64,000 nt of DNA from an uncultured Gammaproteobacteria bacterium. GTDB taxonomy: Bacteria > Pseudomonadota > Gammaproteobacteria > Steroidobacterales > Steroidobacteraceae. Made by a program: the position numbers and the translations under genes. The stretch covers positions 316,457 through 380,456 of the forward strand of contig CAWINJ010000002.1 of the NCBI GenBank assembly GCA_963837435.1, given 5' to 3'. Below the pieces are notes generated by a model. That model was given only the letters and a program-made list of their open reading frames with translations. It had not been told where the DNA came from and made no database searches. Of this stretch, positions 63,114-64,000 are shown piece after piece; position 1 is the first letter of the stretch, and each line of letters starts with the position of its first letter.

Positions 63114-64000
63114 ATGGAACTTCGTCCCATTCTCTCCGCCATGCGCCGCAATAAGCTGGGCGCGGCACTCATCGGCATGCAAATGGCGCTCACCTTGGCC
63201 ATTCTCGCCAACGGCCTGACTCTCATCGAGCAGCGGATGAAGTGGAGCGACCGGCCGACCGGCATCGATGAGCAGGACATCTTCGTCATGACGAGCGAAA
63301 GCCTGGATCATGTGCAGGATCCGGCGGCGCGCCAGGGCGCCGATGTGGCGGCCCTGCGATCCCTGAGCGGGGTGGTGGATGCCTATGCCACGAACGATTA
63401 CCCGCTGAAGAAGGGCGGCTGGTCGCTCAGCGTCAACTTGACGCGCGACCAGAAGATCCCGACCGCCGACACCGCCTACTATTTTGTCGACGAGCACGCC
63501 CTGCATACGCTCGGCTTGAAACTCATCGCGGGACGCAATTTCACCGCCGAGGAGATCGCCGATAGAAGCGCGACGTCGGTGCCCCCGGCCAGCGGGTTGA
63601 TCGTGACGCAGGCCCTGGCCAAGAAGCTGTTCCCCGCCGGCAACGCGCTCGGACAGCCGATCTACGCCGAGAGCGATACGGTGTCTACCCCCATCATCGG
63701 CATCGTCGCACAGCTGCAAACGCCCTTCGCACCCGCGGCGGGATACTACGAAACCTTTGCGGAGAACTCCGTGCTGGCGCCGTACCGCCTGCTGGGGGAC
63801 GCCAATGTGTACATCGTCCGGGCCAGGCCGGCACAGATCGATGCGGTGATGCGGGCGGCGGAGCGCAGGCTGTTCGAGATCGACGGCGACCGGATGCTGC
63901 ACAGTCTGTCCATGGCGCAGGCGCGTGCGGACGCGTACCGCGACGCGCATGGCTTCGCCGTGCTGCTCGGCACGGTCTGCAGCGCCCTGCTGGCCGTCAC
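63114..64000 (+). CDS. FtsX/MacB-type ABC permease (type B, copy 2), 3'-truncated by the window edge
   Basis: Hand translation from ATG 63114 gives MELRPILSAMRRNKLGAALIGMQMALTLAILANGLTLIEQR..., collinear with 60560-61786. It stays open to the window end, and is absent from the track because it has no stop. Confidence 0.8.
   Translation, partial: MELRPILSAMRRNKLGAALIGMQMALTLAILANGLTLIEQRMKWSDRPTGIDEQDIFVMTSESLDHVQDPAARQGADVAALRSLSGVVDAYATNDYPLKKGGWSLSVNLTRDQKIPTADTAYYFVDEHALHTLGLKLIAGRNFTAEEIADRSATSVPPASGLIVTQALAKKLFPAGNALGQPIYAESDTVSTPIIGIVAQLQTPFAPAAGYYETFAENSVLAPYRLLGDANVYIVRARPAQIDAVMRAAERRLFEIDGDRMLHSLSMAQARADAYRDAHGFAVLLGTVCSALLAV

Overview
This is a GC-rich chromosomal segment that looks gammaproteobacterial. 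All calls come from reading the track translations and the DNA by eye; no database search was run.

A conserved housekeeping backbone reads clearly:
- nadE
- bamD<>rluD-pgeF-clpB
- an FmdB-type zinc-ribbon gene
- aspS-nudB
- mutS<>pncC-thpR-recA-recX-alaS-csrA-tRNA-Ser(GCU), then 16 kb later tRNA-Arg(ACG)

Four accessory blocks interrupt or flank this backbone:
1. Left edge: a flavoprotein, a GtrA-family protein and two very large polytopic membrane proteins, possibly a periplasmic glycosylation module. An orphan PilS-like kinase sits next to them.
2. About 16 kb wedged between tRNA-Ser and tRNA-Arg. It holds two paralogous Tat-exported molybdo-hydroxylase operons of the IorAB/aldehyde-oxidase type, one with a triheme cytochrome c. 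Between them lie a ModE-N-like regulator and a MocA-like cytidylyltransferase. A LysR regulator follows, then a decaying tail (truncated DJ-1, frameshifted GGCT-like gene) and sodB<>marR.
3. Downstream of tRNA-Arg: brnTA, a truncated XRE gene and ridA, then an ethanolamine-permease-like gene translationally coupled to a secreted GH47 alpha-mannosidase. Further genes are a hybrid histidine kinase, an esterase-like protein, ppgK, and a DddL-like cupin with acuI/yhdH.
4. Right edge: tolC, a membrane-fusion protein and an ABC ATPase, followed by four FtsX-type permease genes arranged as two tandem hetero-pairs.

No rRNA, CRISPR array, transposase or integrase was seen. Three unrelated tandem arrays with 20-22 bp periods sit at gene 3' ends. 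Many long ORFs in the track are antisense shadows typical of high-GC DNA.
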